The notes: generated from the letters alone by a model not told the origin. DNA of 64,000 nucleotides from Fonticula alba ATCC 38817 (GCA_000388065.2 KB932204.1); one strand, 5' to 3'; shown: positions 36,525-49,759, counted from the first letter of the stretch. A program made the numbers and translations.

Positions 36525-38431
36525 TTACAGGTCGAGGAGCAGGCGGCGCGGGTCCTCGAGGAGCTCCTTCACACGGACGAGGAAGGTGACAGCCTCGCGG
36601 CCATCGATCAGGCGGTGATCGTAGGTCAGGGCAATGTACATCATCGGGCGGACGACGACCTCACCGTTGACAACGACGGCACGCTCCTTGACACCGTGCA
36701 TACCGAGGATGGCAGACTGGGGGAGGTTGATGATCGGAGTACCCATGAGGGAGCCGAAGACACCACCGTTGGAAATGGTGAAGGTACCGCCGGCCATATC
36801 CTCAATGGCGATCTTGTTGTCGCGGGCCTTCTTGCCGAGAGCGGCAATGTTGCGCTCGATGTCGGAGAAGGACTGGTTCTCGACGTTGCGCAGGACCGGG
36901 GTGACCAGACCCTTGGGGGTGGCCACGGCGATGGAAATGTCGGTGTGGTCGTTGTAGACAATCTCGTCGCCCTCAATGCGGGCGTTGATCTCCGGGACGT
37001 CCTGCAGGGCGATGGAGGAGGCCTTGACGAAGGCGGACATGAAGCCGAGCTTGACACCGTGCTTCTCGAAGAAGAGGTCCTTGTACTCGTTGCGCAGCTG
37101 GGTCAGCGGCAGCATGTCGATCTCGTTGAAGGTGGTCAGAGAGGCGGCCACAGTCTGGGACTCCTTGAGGCGCTCGGCAATGCGGGTGCGGATGCGGGTC
37201 ATCTTGACCTGTTGTCATGGTTGCCAAGAGGGAGGGGCGGGGGCGGGGGGGGGGGGAGGGGAGATGGGACGTGGGCCAGAAAGGGAAGGGAGAATGACCT
37301 GCGGGTGAGTGAGGGTGGAGGCGAGTGGGAGGGAGAGAGGGGGATGAGGGGGGGGGTGGGCGGGAGGAAGACGTACACGGCGCTCGCGGGGGCCGACGGC
37401 ACCCTTGACGACATCCTCAACAGAGACGGCGGCGGCCGGGGTGGCCTTGGGGGCCTCGGGGGCCTTGGCAGGGGCAGCGGCCTTGGGGGCCTCGGCGGCC
37501 TTGGGAGCCTCGGCGGCCTTGGGGGCCTCGGGGGCCTTGGTAGCGGCGGCAGGGGCGGCACCAGCACCGGCATCCTCGGACTCGATCATCTTGAAGAGGG
37601 GGTTGCCGACCTGGACGTTGTCACCCTCCTTGGAGAAGTGCTCGGTGACAATGCCAGAGAAAGGAGCGTTGACCGGGATGGTCACCTTGTCAGTCTCGAT
37701 GGTGACAATGGTGCCATCGCGCTTGACGAAGGAGCCGACGGCTGCGTCCCAGCCAAGGAGCCAAGGAGAGGTGTGGAGGAGCGGGGAGGGGGTGCGTGCG
37801 CGCGCGCGCGCGGAAGAGTGGAGAGTGAGTGGATGCGATAGACGCGAAAGGGAGTTTGACGGTGTGTGAGGGAGGGCGACGCACGAATCTCCCAGCGAGA
37901 GAGCTCGCCCTCGGTGATGGAGTCAGCCATGAAGGGGACATTGACGACGTGCTCCTTGCCGGTGGCTAGTGAAGGGAAAGGATGCGGAGAAAGGGACATG
38001 AGAGCGAGAGAGACGTTAGTGGGCGGAGGGCAGAAACATATCCGAAAGATTAGGACAAATGGAAGGCAGAGCCGTACAGTAGGCGCGGGTGAAGGCGAAG
38101 GCGGGGGAGCGAGCGGCGAAACCCTTGGCAGCCAGGTTCAGGCCGGTGGGGATGGCGGCAGCGGAAACCGGGGTGGTGGAGAAGGCAGCGGTGGGGGCGA
38201 CGGCAGCACGGACGGCAACCGAGCGGGCAGCCTGGTCGAGTTGAAGGGGGGGGGGACGCGGAGCAGAGGGGGAGAGGCAGATGATGCAAGTGGTGAGAAG
38301 GCGCCAGCGGAGCAGACAGGAGAGGAGACGAGGGGGGATGGGATGATTTCTCGTTCGAGTAAAGAGGAGGCCTCTTGTCGCACCTGGGCAGAGGCAGCGC
38401 GGGCCAGGCGGGGCAGGGCAGCGCGGAACAT
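36525..38431 (-). CDS. DLST: Dihydrolipoamide succinyltransferase (2-oxoglutarate dehydrogenase E2), 5 exons
   Basis: Transit [16 protein letters not shown]; lipoyl domain [11 protein letters not shown]...[13 protein letters not shown]; A/P/K/E linker repeats; catalytic domain [16 protein letters not shown]...[11 protein letters not shown]...[30 protein letters not shown]...[12 protein letters not shown]. The fungal name is KGD2. Confidence 0.97.
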
Positions 38432-39196
38432 GGTGATTGGTAGAACCTGGGGAAGAGAGGGAAACAGCAGGGGTCAGGAGGTGAGGGGGGGGGCGAGGGA
38501 GGGAGGGGGGGGAACGGGGAAAATGCGAAGGAGGGAGGTACCGGTGAGGGGGTGACAACAAAGTAACACTCCAAAGACGGCTGAGGCTGCCCGGGGGGAG
38601 GCGCACGGCCCCCGCAGCCACAAAAGTTGGGGTGCAGAGCGCCCGCCCGGGTACTTTCCTCCCAGCGCTCCTCCGACCCAAGTCAGACGGCCAGACCCGC
38701 CGCGGGGGGGGGGGGGGCATATGCCCGGTCGGTTCCCCCGTTGCCCCCCCCCCCCCCCACGGTCGCCGGTCTCTTCGGAGGGCTTCCTCGCGGCGGGCCA
38801 CATGCTCGCGATGGTGCCCCCCTCGCGTTCACAACCCGAACTAGCCATCCAAGTGCGCGCGAGGGCCGAGGACTGGCAGCTGCCCACCAGAGTGCGGCGC
38901 AGCCAAGAGGCGCCCCACTTGTCTGGGCGTTTTCCCCACCCGGCAATTACATCATTGTAATCTGCAGCTGACAACACCCCATACCGGGCGTGTTCATGCG
39001 AGGAAGAGACCCGAGCACGCAAGAAGTGGAAAATGGAAGAATAATCGAAGGGAGATATTTGAGAAATATTGTCGGGGTAAGTTGAAGTGATTTCTCCTTC
39101 ATGCCTGGACCCATCCACCACACCGCCGTCAGAAGATCTAGCAGAGGATAGGGCGGTACAAGGAAGTCCCCGAACGGCAGACAGGCAACGCACAGC

Positions 39197-39237
<41 letters not shown>

Positions 39238-39826
39238 GGAGGGGAGTGAACAGGAGAGGGACTTATGGCGGGGCACAGCAGCCAGCAGCATCCCACGCTC
39301 GCCCAGCCGAGGCCTTGGCCTGTGGTCTGCCGCCCGGGACTTTTCCCCCATTTTCCCTCTTAGCCTGGGTCCCCTTCTCTTGATGTTACATTCATAGCTG
39401 TGACCCCGCCCCCCTTCCGCGCAAAGGGGTGGTGACAAAAAAGCCGAGCTGCCAGCCTCCGACACGTGCGTCCTCTGCCGAGGGTTTCAGCGTCTCCCGC
39501 CCCCTCCATCAGCCCCCCCCCCCCCCCCACAGGCTGCCACCCTCCGGAGGCCTGGGGCAATGGGAGACAGGATTCGCGGCTTTGGCACAGGCCCCACCCC
39601 CACGGGAGCGCCCTCGAAGTGATCCCCGTTTGTTCCCCACCAGAGGGTTTCCCCTTGCCCCGGTGCGTCTCTCTGTGGCGCAGAGACCCACCTGGGCCCG
39701 GGCCGCTGGGCTGACATGTTCTGCCGCGTCTCCACCACCGGCGGAAATGTGCCAGGCCACCCGACTCCAGCATGACGATTCTATAAGTTATTTTACGTAT
39801 TTATATCACATGCCCCATGGGTAACA

Positions 39827-40309
39827 TCAGAGCGAGAACCGAGCCTGGGTCTCGATCGAGAGTTGGATCATATCCAGCATGGAGCTCATGCAGGAACGGA
39901 TGGTCTTAAGGGACTCCGACCGAATTGTGCTGCATCACCAGGCGGGGGGGGGGGGAGGCATGGGAAAGGAGTCGGCAGAATGTCAGCGGCGAGGGCCATG
40001 GCAGCTTCTTGTGTGGCCAGAGGGGGCAGGGCCGGGAGGGCGCGCACATGAGGAGGACATTATCCTGGACTTCCATCGTTCGGTTGAGGACACTGGCAAC
40101 CGGCTCGGGGTCGGCATTGACGCTCCGCAGCACGATCTCCGCCTGACGCGCGGTGGGGAAAGGGATTCGAGTGGTGCTACAGTGTGGGACAGGGGAGGTG
40201 AGTGGTGGGTTTCCTGTGGAGAGCACCAAGGCGGGGGAGGGGGGGAGGGGGGAGGGGAGAGGGAGGTGCATCTGGGGCGGAGCAGGGCGCACAGTTCATG
40301 CGTGGACAT
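39827..40309 (-). CDS. PCC1: KEOPS complex subunit Pcc1/LAGE3, 3 coding exons plus a 5' UTR intron
   Basis: Spliced MSTHEL|TTRIPFPTARQAEIVLRSVNADPEPVASVLNRTMEVQDNVLLI|TIRSESLKTIRSCMSSMLDMIQLSIETQARFSL* (about 80 aa) fits the Pcc1 pattern (IPFP...A.I...S...D.E......R.......L........LR....S.LD). Not recoverable from the ORF track alone. Confidence 0.85.
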
Positions 40310-40703
40310 GTTGATTTGCAGGGAGAGCAAGCTCAAATGGTGAGAATGTCCTGTTTGAGGGGGGGGGGGGAGGAGGGACGATGGGGGAACACAGATGAGG
40401 TTAGAGCTTCGGGGCCACAGGCACTCACCTCCACTTCTATTCCGGGAAGAGTGGAGGGCGGCGAGGATAGCAACAGTGGAGATAGACACACTCTGGTAAT
40501 GTGGGATAAGAGACCGCGGAGGGGGAGCAGATAGGGAGGGGGAGGGGGGGAGTGTGTTGGTTGCTTCAGGCAGGCGCACCGCGCAGCACTGACCCACCGC
40601 GGGTGCATTTGACTCGCGGAGCTGCCAACGTATCGACCTGGTCGATCTCCTGCCCGCACAAAGGGACACGGCCGGGTCGCCTCGGGACACAGGAGGCGCC
40701 CTC

Positions 40704-40947
40704 TTATTCCGGTGAAGTGCGAGAGAAGAGAGGCTCTGAGCGCTGGTAGTCAGTCTCCTTTTGGAAGGCGTGAGATCGCTCCGGAGCTCCGGCATGGTGC
40801 GAGGCAAAGCGCCCTGCCACAAATAGGTAGTCCGAGAGCCTGGATATATGTAGCACCAGCCCGTGGCCGGACGGACGACGTCAGGAGAGGGGATGGAAGA
40901 GAGGAGGAAGAAGAGGGCGATGGTGGCGATGAAGAAGAGGGTGGTGT

Positions 40948-41017
<70 letters not shown>

Positions 41018-42206
41018 CAAGGAGAGGATTTGCAGAGAGGAGGATATCGGAAAAAGCACCAAAGGGGGTATTGTACCGATTGAAGAAAGGAAGGAGACCA
41101 GGGGTCACCGCGGTCGCGATGAGGTGCTCGGGATCCAGGCCAGAATCTTCGGGGGGCAGGAGAACTGTCACCAGCCTGCGCTCGACACGGCGCGCAGTGC
41201 TTCGAGCGACATGCAGCGAGGCGGCCGCGAGACTACCGCACTTTGAGTGACATAAAGGAGGCCCAGCACAACATGTTGACGGGGGTGAGAGGGCCATGAT
41301 ACAGGGAGCATAGAGGCAGGCATCCGGGCAAACATACGGGCAGGACAAATTGCCGAAGTGGCGGGAGCTGGGTGTCAAGCTCGTCAATGGCATCCTCCAG
41401 AAGCTTGGTCCGGCTGTGGTCGAGATCGAAGGCAACGCGAGCTAAATGGACCGGTCAGTGCGAGGCACGGGCAGGTGGATGACCGTAAAGGGACAAAAAG
41501 AAGAATCCGGCGGAGAGAGGGCCCCAGGAGGCGAGGTGGATGCCGGGGTTGTCGCACCGATTGCTTCTTCACTTGCCCGTGGCGGGGTGGCCACAGCGGC
41601 CCCGGCATCCAAGAGAGTGTGCTGTAGCTGGGAGGAGAGGCAGGCAGGGAGATGAGTGTGATGGAGGCAGGAGGCGAGGAAAGGAGAGGGGCGACAGGGA
41701 AAGAGCAGGACCAAGAGTTGGCGGTAGATACATCAATCAGAGCCGGTGCCAGGCCATTTTTCTCGATCAGGCAGTGTTCCAGTGCGAGGCTAGTCATCAG
41801 AGTCAGCGCTTGGAGTCGGGGTGGGCAGGCAGCTGGGCAGAATGACAGGGCCGGTGATCCATCTACTTCCTCCCCACCCCGAGATCAGGCATGCACCATA
41901 CCCGATGGCGGCATTCAGCTCATCAAGTGCCCCAAGTGCCTCGAACACAGCATGGTCCTTTCGCGTGCGAAGTGGCCGGGCATGGGGCCCAGTGTAGCGA
42001 GCAGTCCGGCCCTTGTCCCCACCACGAGTGTAAATTTTGAACCCCTCGAAGGCAGCCTTGGTCTTGGAGGCAGCCGAAGGAGATGGGTCTGCCGGGGTGG
42101 CGGGAGAACCGGCATCTCCTGAGAAGGTGCGATGGGGCACAGCGACAAGGGGACGAGCATAGCTCAAGGTTGTGACAACCCGGGCAAGTGGGCGTGTATG
42201 AATCAT
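40704..42206 (-). CDS. MMAB: ATP:cob(I)alamin adenosyltransferase, PduO type, with mitochondrial leader
   Basis: KIYTRGGDKGRT...KDHAVFEALGALDELNAAIG; LQHTLLDAGAAVATP; LEDAIDELDTQLPPLRQFVLP|...LHVARSTARRVERRLV; FFNR|LSDYLFVAGR are all PduO/MMAB motifs. Leader MIHTRPLARVVTTLSYARPLVAVPHRTFS. Confidence 0.93.
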
Positions 42207-42728
42207 GGCGATGGAGGAGGGAGGCGACGGGATTACACGAGGGAGGGAGATCCCAGTAGAGAGAGGCAGGTGGAGAAGGAGAGAAAGAGGGAGGGGCGGG
42301 GGGGCAGGAGTAGGAACCGAAAGGCAGATGGAGGTGGACAGTGTATCAAGTGGAGGTGTGGGTTGGGGCACGCTCGCTAAATGGATGGCTGGGGGCGCCC
42401 CGAGTGGTCAGGGGGTGCACCAACCAAGAGCTCAAGATCCACCCAAGGGAGCTTTGGTGATCCGGCCGACGCCGCAAAATAGGAAGGGGGCCACTCTGAC
42501 TGACACACACACACACCCGCCGCCCCCCCCCCCCCCCCGGGGGGGGGAGAAATAAAATAAACACACTTCCGACTGCCATCGGGCATCTATTTTTTTGCTC
42601 TGTTATATTCTTTCCGGCGGCTCAAGCCTGATGATGGATATTTGGAAATCACAGGCCGGCAAAGGAGCCAGGAGCTCATTGGCTGAAGAGGCATGTCGGG
42701 ATAGGGGCGGGACTTTGCCGGCGCGTTT

Positions 42729-44728
42729 TCACCTCGGGCCGGCCTCTTGGCAGCACCGATCACACCCACAATTGAAGAAGTACCCCTCCCGCAATTGGTG
42801 TCGCCGGGTTGACACCGGTCGATTGGTCGGCACATAGGAGATGGTTACCTCCTCACCTGCGTAGACCCGAGCAAGAGCGGGAGGATGAAGAGGAGGAAGG
42901 GAGAGACAAAGAGAGGGACATGATTCCAGGGACGGCAATTAGAGCTTCTTCGCGGTGTGCAAGTGTTTCCCGCCCCGTGATGGCCGGCCGCAGACGCATC
43001 CGCCCCCCCTCCCCCCCCCCCCCCCCATCACCAGCCAGTTTCGCCTTGCGGCGCGCACCTACGGCGATCGGCCGCACTGCACGGAACACCATGACTGGGC
43101 AGACGGCCGAATCGCCTTCTCCGGCCGCGGGGTCCTGTCCCGGCGGCTGGAGCCATGTCCAATGGAACTCGGCGTTCGGATTGCACGAGTGATTAAAGTA
43201 GCTGGCCTCCGGGATGATAGCCCGGCCGAAGGGTTGGGTCTCGACCACACCACGGCCGTACTTGGCGGAGGATGGCTTCTTTTGGGGCTTCCCCATGGAC
43301 CCCCTCGTGGGCTGGGGCTTCGGAGTTTCCGGACTCATCGAGCTGCTCGGGGGCTCCGGAAGCCACGGACTGTGGAACAGCCCAAACACATTGGACTCAA
43401 GTCGCGACAAAAGAGTCAACAGGGGATCATGCTGCCGAGGGGAAGCCGAACACGCAGGGACGGCCACGGGGGGAGAGTGCTCCGGGATCGGGGGCGAATG
43501 GTCGTTGGTGATGTTGGCGCTTTTCTTCCCACCCCGATGGGCCTTCCTGGGGTGGGGATTTTTGCGAACCGGCGACCGGCACTCGCTGGACCCCGAAGAC
43601 AGGCAAGTTTCCCGACGGAGAATGCCCAGATCAATGCCACTTTCCCGAAAAACAGCATGGAGGCGCTTGAGATCGGAGCTGCGAGGGGTTCACACGGATG
43701 GTCAATCGGCCTGCCAGTCTCATGCCACATGTAAAGCATGGCCCCCCCCCCCCCCCCATCTAAGGACGAACCTCCAATCATTCACCTCGGCTGCCTCCAT
43801 GTCATTGGCATGGGACTGAAGGCCCTGAACATCATCGAAGCAGGGCAGCACCAAGGACAGGCAGCGGGTGTCCTCGACAAGTCGGATGCCACGAAGGCGC
43901 TCTTCGAGCTGCCCAGCCGATCCGAGTCGAGAGTAGCGACTACACGGGCCGGAGTTGCCCAAGCGGACGAGATCAAAAATCAGCCGCATAACCACAGCCA
44001 CGGAGGGGGACTTGATGCGAGAGGAGAGGGTCCGATGCGCGCGACAGGCCATCTCATCATGGACCAGCCCCTCGGTAAAGGCGCGTTGGCAAAGGATCGA
44101 ACAGAAGTAGTACTGATCGCAGCCGCGACAGCTGAAAGGAAGAGTTCGTGCCGGGCCGGCCGGGGGCATGGGAGGCTGGACTCCAGGCGGTGACATTTCT
44201 GAAGCTGCGGCTGATGCAGCCATGACCCCAAGGATGGCCTCAGCAACCTCGTACCGACATGCCGATGGAGGGGGGAGATCGCCGGCCCACATGGTACACC
44301 AAGCACACACACTTTCGAAGACATGTTAGCAGGTTTGCTTCAAAGCGGAGCAATATGCCAGGGAGCACCGGGAGGAGTGGTTGAGGGAAAGAAGAATGTA
44401 GAATCTCCCTGTGTGCGTGTGTGGTGGTGGTGGTGGTGGTAGGGAGGGGGGGGGAAGGGGAGCAGAGGAGTGTCATTGAACTATACCGCTTGCGCTGGGA
44501 GTCCTCCACGGCCAGAGCGTAGGGCAGGGCAATGAGAACCGCGCCGCCAGCGGGAATGGGTTCGGTGGCCACGACGAAACGCCCCCGAGTGAGGGCGAGC
44601 TCTCGATCGGCTGCTGGCGTCTCGGTGCCCGGGTCGGCAATGACCGCCGGATTGACGCCCGACACTCGACAGGGGAAGCCGGCTCCGAAGGCCAGCGGGA
44701 GCACGGGTTGACGGTGCTGGGTGGCCAT
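42729..44728 (-). CDS. SMYD-family SET-MYND lysine methyltransferase
   Basis: RGRFVVATEPIPAG (SET-N); CAWC...CRGCDQYYFCSILCQ...HDEMAC (MYND); ASYFNHSCNPNA; GEEVTISY; post-SET YFFNCGCDRC. Confidence 0.88.
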
Positions 44729-44773
<45 letters not shown>

Positions 44774-45927
44774 GCGAGAAAAGTGGGAGGAGGGCGGAAG
44801 GGAGGGGCCGAGGGAGGAGGCTCCATAGGTCCTCCAGTGCTTAGCATTCCCGTTTTCTCTTTTGTCCTTTTCCTCGTTTCTTAACCAACGGGCAGGGGCC
44901 GCATGCGTGTGTATGTATGTGTGGTCGGGAGGGGGGATCGGCGGTCCGCCCTGGCTGACTCCCGCTCCAACCGAATGCCGAGGCCAGGCGGCCAGTTCGG
45001 GGTCCCCTACTCGGGCAGGGATTTCCATCCTGCGAGGGGCCCCGACGGCGGAGCTCCAGCGTGGGGGCATCGTGGATCCATGTCGGGGCGTGTTCGGGCT
45101 CGGCGCTCGATCGAGGCCGCATGTCCGTCTTTCACGTGCCAGCATGGATCACGATGGTCCCCGGGTGTCTCCGAGCGGCGTCCCGGCAGGAGGTCCCAAC
45201 GATTTGTCTGTGCAATCTGCTGTCTTTCGCTCGTCGAGCGGCGCCAGCATCCTGCTGGTACAGATACATTGGCAGATGGCGGCCGCTCGGTGGGCCCCGC
45301 TCAGGTCGCCCTCCCTACTGCGGAGCTGCTGGACAGGCAAGGGGCGGCCGCAGGTGAATCTGCCTGGGAACGGAGGTCTGCCCGGAGAGAGGGGGGGGGG
45401 GGGGGGCGCTTCCCCGGGGGGCGCTCGAGATGCAGGGAGGGGCTGTGATGACGCCAAGAGCCGGGATCAAGATGTTCGACGCTGACCGGGGTCGAAGACC
45501 GGTGGGAGTGTGACCCCCCTCCCCGCTCCTGGCCCCCCTTCTGCCTTCCTTGAAGGCATGCGCCCATCCGTGGGAAGCCAACCACGGGCATCGGCGGGAT
45601 AGAGGCTAACTCCCCCCCACCCCGAGCGGTCCCTCCCTTCCGCCCCCTCTCCGGGTTCCTCTCTCGCTCATGGACTGGGTGTGTTTTTTTCCTCGGTCAA
45701 GTGGGGAGCCTGAGGTGAGCTTGTCTCGGTCTGCCTGTTTGAGCCCCTTCAAGTGGCCTCGGATAGAGGTATTCGCTGGCCCCAATCCAAACCCCCTTCC
45801 CCTCTCCTCCCACTCTTGCCTTTCTGCCTGTGATCACTCTGCCCCACCCGCCCCCCTTCGCAGCCAAATATCCGTTCCTTTTTTTCTTCCGCCCCGCGTC
45901 CCCCTTCGCCCCCCGTGTGCGCCCGAC

Positions 45928-46135
45928 ATGATACCCCGGATCGCGGCTCCCCCAAGATGTGTCCGGCGGTCGCAGCCGGCACCAATGTTCCGGCCCCTGT
46001 CGGCACTGGCGTTACTCGCACTGCTGGCGTGTGCCCTCCTCCTGTCAGTTGGTGGTGAGCCGGCTGCAGCCCAGGCCCACGATGAATCCCCTATCCGGCC
46101 GCCTCGGTCAAGTACGTCACATGTTGATGTCCCTC

Positions 46136-46166
<31 letters not shown>

Positions 46167-49100
46167 GCCTTTGTCTCTGCCTCCCCGCCTTCCCACACGC
46201 TCTGCATCTCCCTCCTCCTCTCCACCTCTCCCCACTCCCCACACAATTCTAATGTCCCCCCCCCCCCTCGGCGTCAGTTCCCTATTCGGATGTTTACCCC
46301 ACGCAATACGTGTCTACCTGCATGCGTCGCCCGGAAGTGCAAACACGAGTGCATTACTTCCCCGGGCAACGGGATGCAGTGCTTCCTTTCTCCGAGACGG
46401 ATTCCGTATCCTTCCGCGCAGGGCGGTTCGTCATTTCCCCGGCCTTTCGGCTGCCACCCTGTCTTTGCAAATGTCCCCCAATAGTACTCTCCCCTTTGCG
46501 TGCTACTCACTGCCCTGTCTGGCCGGCTCCTTCCCCCTCCCCCCCCCCCCCCCCACCCCCCAACGACCAAATGTCCGGTTCCCTTCCGCCAGTAAGTGGC
46601 CTGGTGTCCTTGGAATTGAGTCGACTCAATGCTCGGACCTCCACCAGCGCATCGTCAACCCCCGGGGATTCCAATGATCCGGATGACCGGGGCCTGAACT
46701 ATGGCCCAGGGGTGTTTGCCTCGCCGGTAGACCGGCGCGTATGGCGCGTGGATGCCCATCGGCACCCGTTGTCAACACGAACCGTGGTTGGGCATCTGGA
46801 CTCATTGCTCCAGGTGGCCCAGGCACAGGAGGAGGCTCTTTTGACCACGGCAGCCGACGCTTCGGATCCCGCTGCAGCCCTAGAAGCCCGTGTGGATGGC
46901 ACCGTCGTGTCGGTCCTGAGGCTGCACCCTCACACGCTGCACCGGCTCCTGTCTTCGGGATCGGCTTGGCGATCAAGCATCTGGGGGGTCAGTGCTCGGG
47001 CGCACGGCGGAGCCGGGGCTGGTGGTGGTGCCTCTTTCTACACGGCGACCGATGTATCGGAGGCATCCATGCGCAATCTCTTCCGGGCCATGGTGGCCCG
47101 AGCGAAGCTGATCCACGAAACGGCTCGGCGGAACTTGGCATCCATTTTCTCCTCCTTCTTCTGGCCGGTCGCCTACATGCTGTCCTTCCTGTCGCGGTCC
47201 TCGACTCCGGTGGACTTGAACCCGGTGCTACCGCCGATTGCCCCGCTGGTTGAGCGGTCCCTTCGCGCACGTGCCAATGCCCTGTCGGTGGATGTGTCCT
47301 TCTTCGTGGTGGCCGAGCGGTACCGTCTGGATGCGGCCAGCGATCGAGTCACCGAGGATAGCACCTTCGTTCGCCGGGGGATCCTCGGTCGGCGGTTGTT
47401 TGTGCATGCGCGTGTGGCTGCCCTTGATACAGCCGATGGTGCGACGCCTGGTGGCCATCCTCCCGATGCATAACTTCCCCATCACGCTCCTCCGCCTATT
47501 TCCGGTGCCTTTTCCTTCCCCTCCTCCTTCACTCACCCCCTCCCTTCCCTTCCCCTTTTATCGATCTATCTATCTCTCTCTCTCTCTTTCTCTCCACCCC
47601 GCCCCCCGATATGCAAATATCCATGCACATGCTCACCCTCTTCAAAGTCCACTTTGACCCGGAGGACATGACTCAGAAGTTCATTTTGGCGATCAGCTCG
47701 CCGGCCGGGTCGGCCGATGCACAGGCCTTCATCGATGCCTACCCTGGGGCCGTTCTAACGGCCGACATCTTCCACGTGGACGGAGAGCCGGTGGACTTCG
47801 TGGCGTACCCCTATGCCCCGGGGGAGGTGCCGGTCTGTCATGCTTGTGGCCTGGACGAGACCCTGGCCGGGGATGCGTGGTCGACGCTGCTCGGGCCGGA
47901 GGCCCTGCGTATGCAGCGTGCCCGGCTCCGAGCTGCCAAGCATCTGCGTTCCCGGGCACCGGTGCCAGTGCCGGAGGATGGGTGGGTTCTCGGGGCCGCG
48001 CAACGCATGCCCGCCTCCGGGGCGGATGCCTTTTATGCCCGGTGGGATGACCTCATCGCCGGAGGAGCCGAGCCCGCCCGGCTGGTGGAGCGCCTGACAG
48101 CGGTTCATACGGCTCGACTTGCTGGTCGCGGGGGGCTCGAAGTCCTGCGCCAGCCTGGGTCCAGTCGGCCACAAACTCGCCATCTGCTGGACTTGCCAAC
48201 TGGCGATGCCGGCCTTCCGGGCATGGTGTCCCCCTGCCCCGGGGGCACTGCCGATATGTGCCTCGGTGCCGGGCCCTCTGAGGAGGGCCCCGATGCCGAG
48301 CGCATGGCCGGGCACTTCCTCGACCAATTGCAGTCCTTCCGTGACACGGCCGAACGCCTGTCCAATGAGGTGGATCGTCCGACCCCTCGGTCGTCCGGGC
48401 GCCCGGCGGTCATGCAGGGCTCCTCGGCGGCCACTGGCGACTCGACGGCAAGGGTGTCCCCTCGACCGGGAGATGCTGCTGCCCAAGAGGCGGCGGAGGA
48501 GGAGGACGACGACGATGTCGATGTTCAGATGGACATTGATGGCCATGTGTCGCATCCTGAGACGGCCGAGCTTGAGGCCTCCCTTTCCCTGCTGGAGCTG
48601 CTGGAGTCCTTCCGGGAGCTGCGCGAGGAGGCGGCTCGGCTAAGCCACACTCGACTATATGGCGGTGCTCCGGCCTCCGGGGCTCGGGCGGCGGCGGCGG
48701 CGGCGGCAGCCGCGGCGGCGGCTACTGCAACAGCAGCGACATCGGCGACGGGTGCCACGACGGCCACAAACTCCTCGACAAGCCCATTGCCCGGGGCTGG
48801 AGGCTCCTCGAGCTCGGGCCCCCGGCCAGCTGCCTCGCATGGGACAACGCCTCTTCGTCGCGCAGCCGACATTGTTGTGGATATCAGCTCGGCGCGGTCG
48901 TTCGTCTACTCGCTGAGGGCATGGGCTGCCGCGGCTCCGGTTGCCTCGCTGCAAATGGTGGCCGTGCAGGTTGATGAGTGCTTCCCGGCGGACTCGCCGC
49001 TCTTCGCGGCGGCTGGACTGGCAGCAGCGGCCCAAGCCTCCGTGGCCGCCGAGGCGACCGCCAATGGCACCCATCCCTCCTCTCCCCTCGAGCGAGGTAG

Positions 49101-49498
49101 TGACCCGGCCACGATGGCGGAATTTTCGCGCCTGGCCGCCGAACACGCGGCGGCCATTGCTCTGGCTGACAATCGGCCCTACTGCCGGGCACTATCCCTG
49201 ACGCCGACGCACTGCAGCTTGACCCAGCTGCCGGAGGTTCCGGTGCTGGTGCTGCTGGTGCAGCTGTTCTACCTGATTTTGGTGCTCTTCTCGATTGGAG
49301 CTGTGGTGATGGCCGTGCTGCTGGCGTCCATGGGTGTGGCATACATCGGTCATCTGCTTACATCGCTCATGGCACCGGCCTACACGGGGCTCTTCCCGGT
49401 GGGCTACCCCACGGTGCCGGGCTGGCCGCGGTGGCTTGTCGTTCGACGGGTGTTTGTTGGCATTCCCCTGGCTTTCGTCAGCTTTTCACGTTCCGGGA

Positions 49499-49531
<33 letters not shown>

Positions 49532-49626
49532 ACCGCGGGCAGGCTGGCGAATCACCGGCTGCCGCGGCTCCGGTTGCCGCCGATGCCGGTCCGGACGAAG
49601 TGACTACTGCTGCGGCAGCCGAGTAG
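45928..49626 (+). CDS. Large orphan membrane protein: signal peptide, long luminal region, C-terminal hydrophobic helices
   Basis: MFRPLSALALLALLACALLLSVGG signal. ORFs 46310-47473 and 47611-49626 join in frame through a phase-1 intron (GAT G|gtgcga...ttcaaag|TC CAC). C-terminal hydrophobic stretch VLVLLVQLFYLILVLFSIGAVVMAVLLASMGVAYIGHLL. Confidence 0.6.
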
Positions 49627-49652
49627 ATGGGCCACTTTTCTTCTGCCTTTCC

Positions 49653-49683
<31 letters not shown>

Positions 49684-49756
49684 CCTCCCCCTGCCTCTCT
49701 CCTTCCAATACATCATACATTTTACACCAGTCTCTCCCGTTCGCTTGAGGGGGTCA

Positions 49757-49759
<3 letters not shown>

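Noticed and set aside
42626-42690. Box C (TGATGA) and box D (CTGA) pair suggesting a C/D snoRNA
   Set aside because: Weak terminal stem, short spacing and no recognisable rRNA antisense element.
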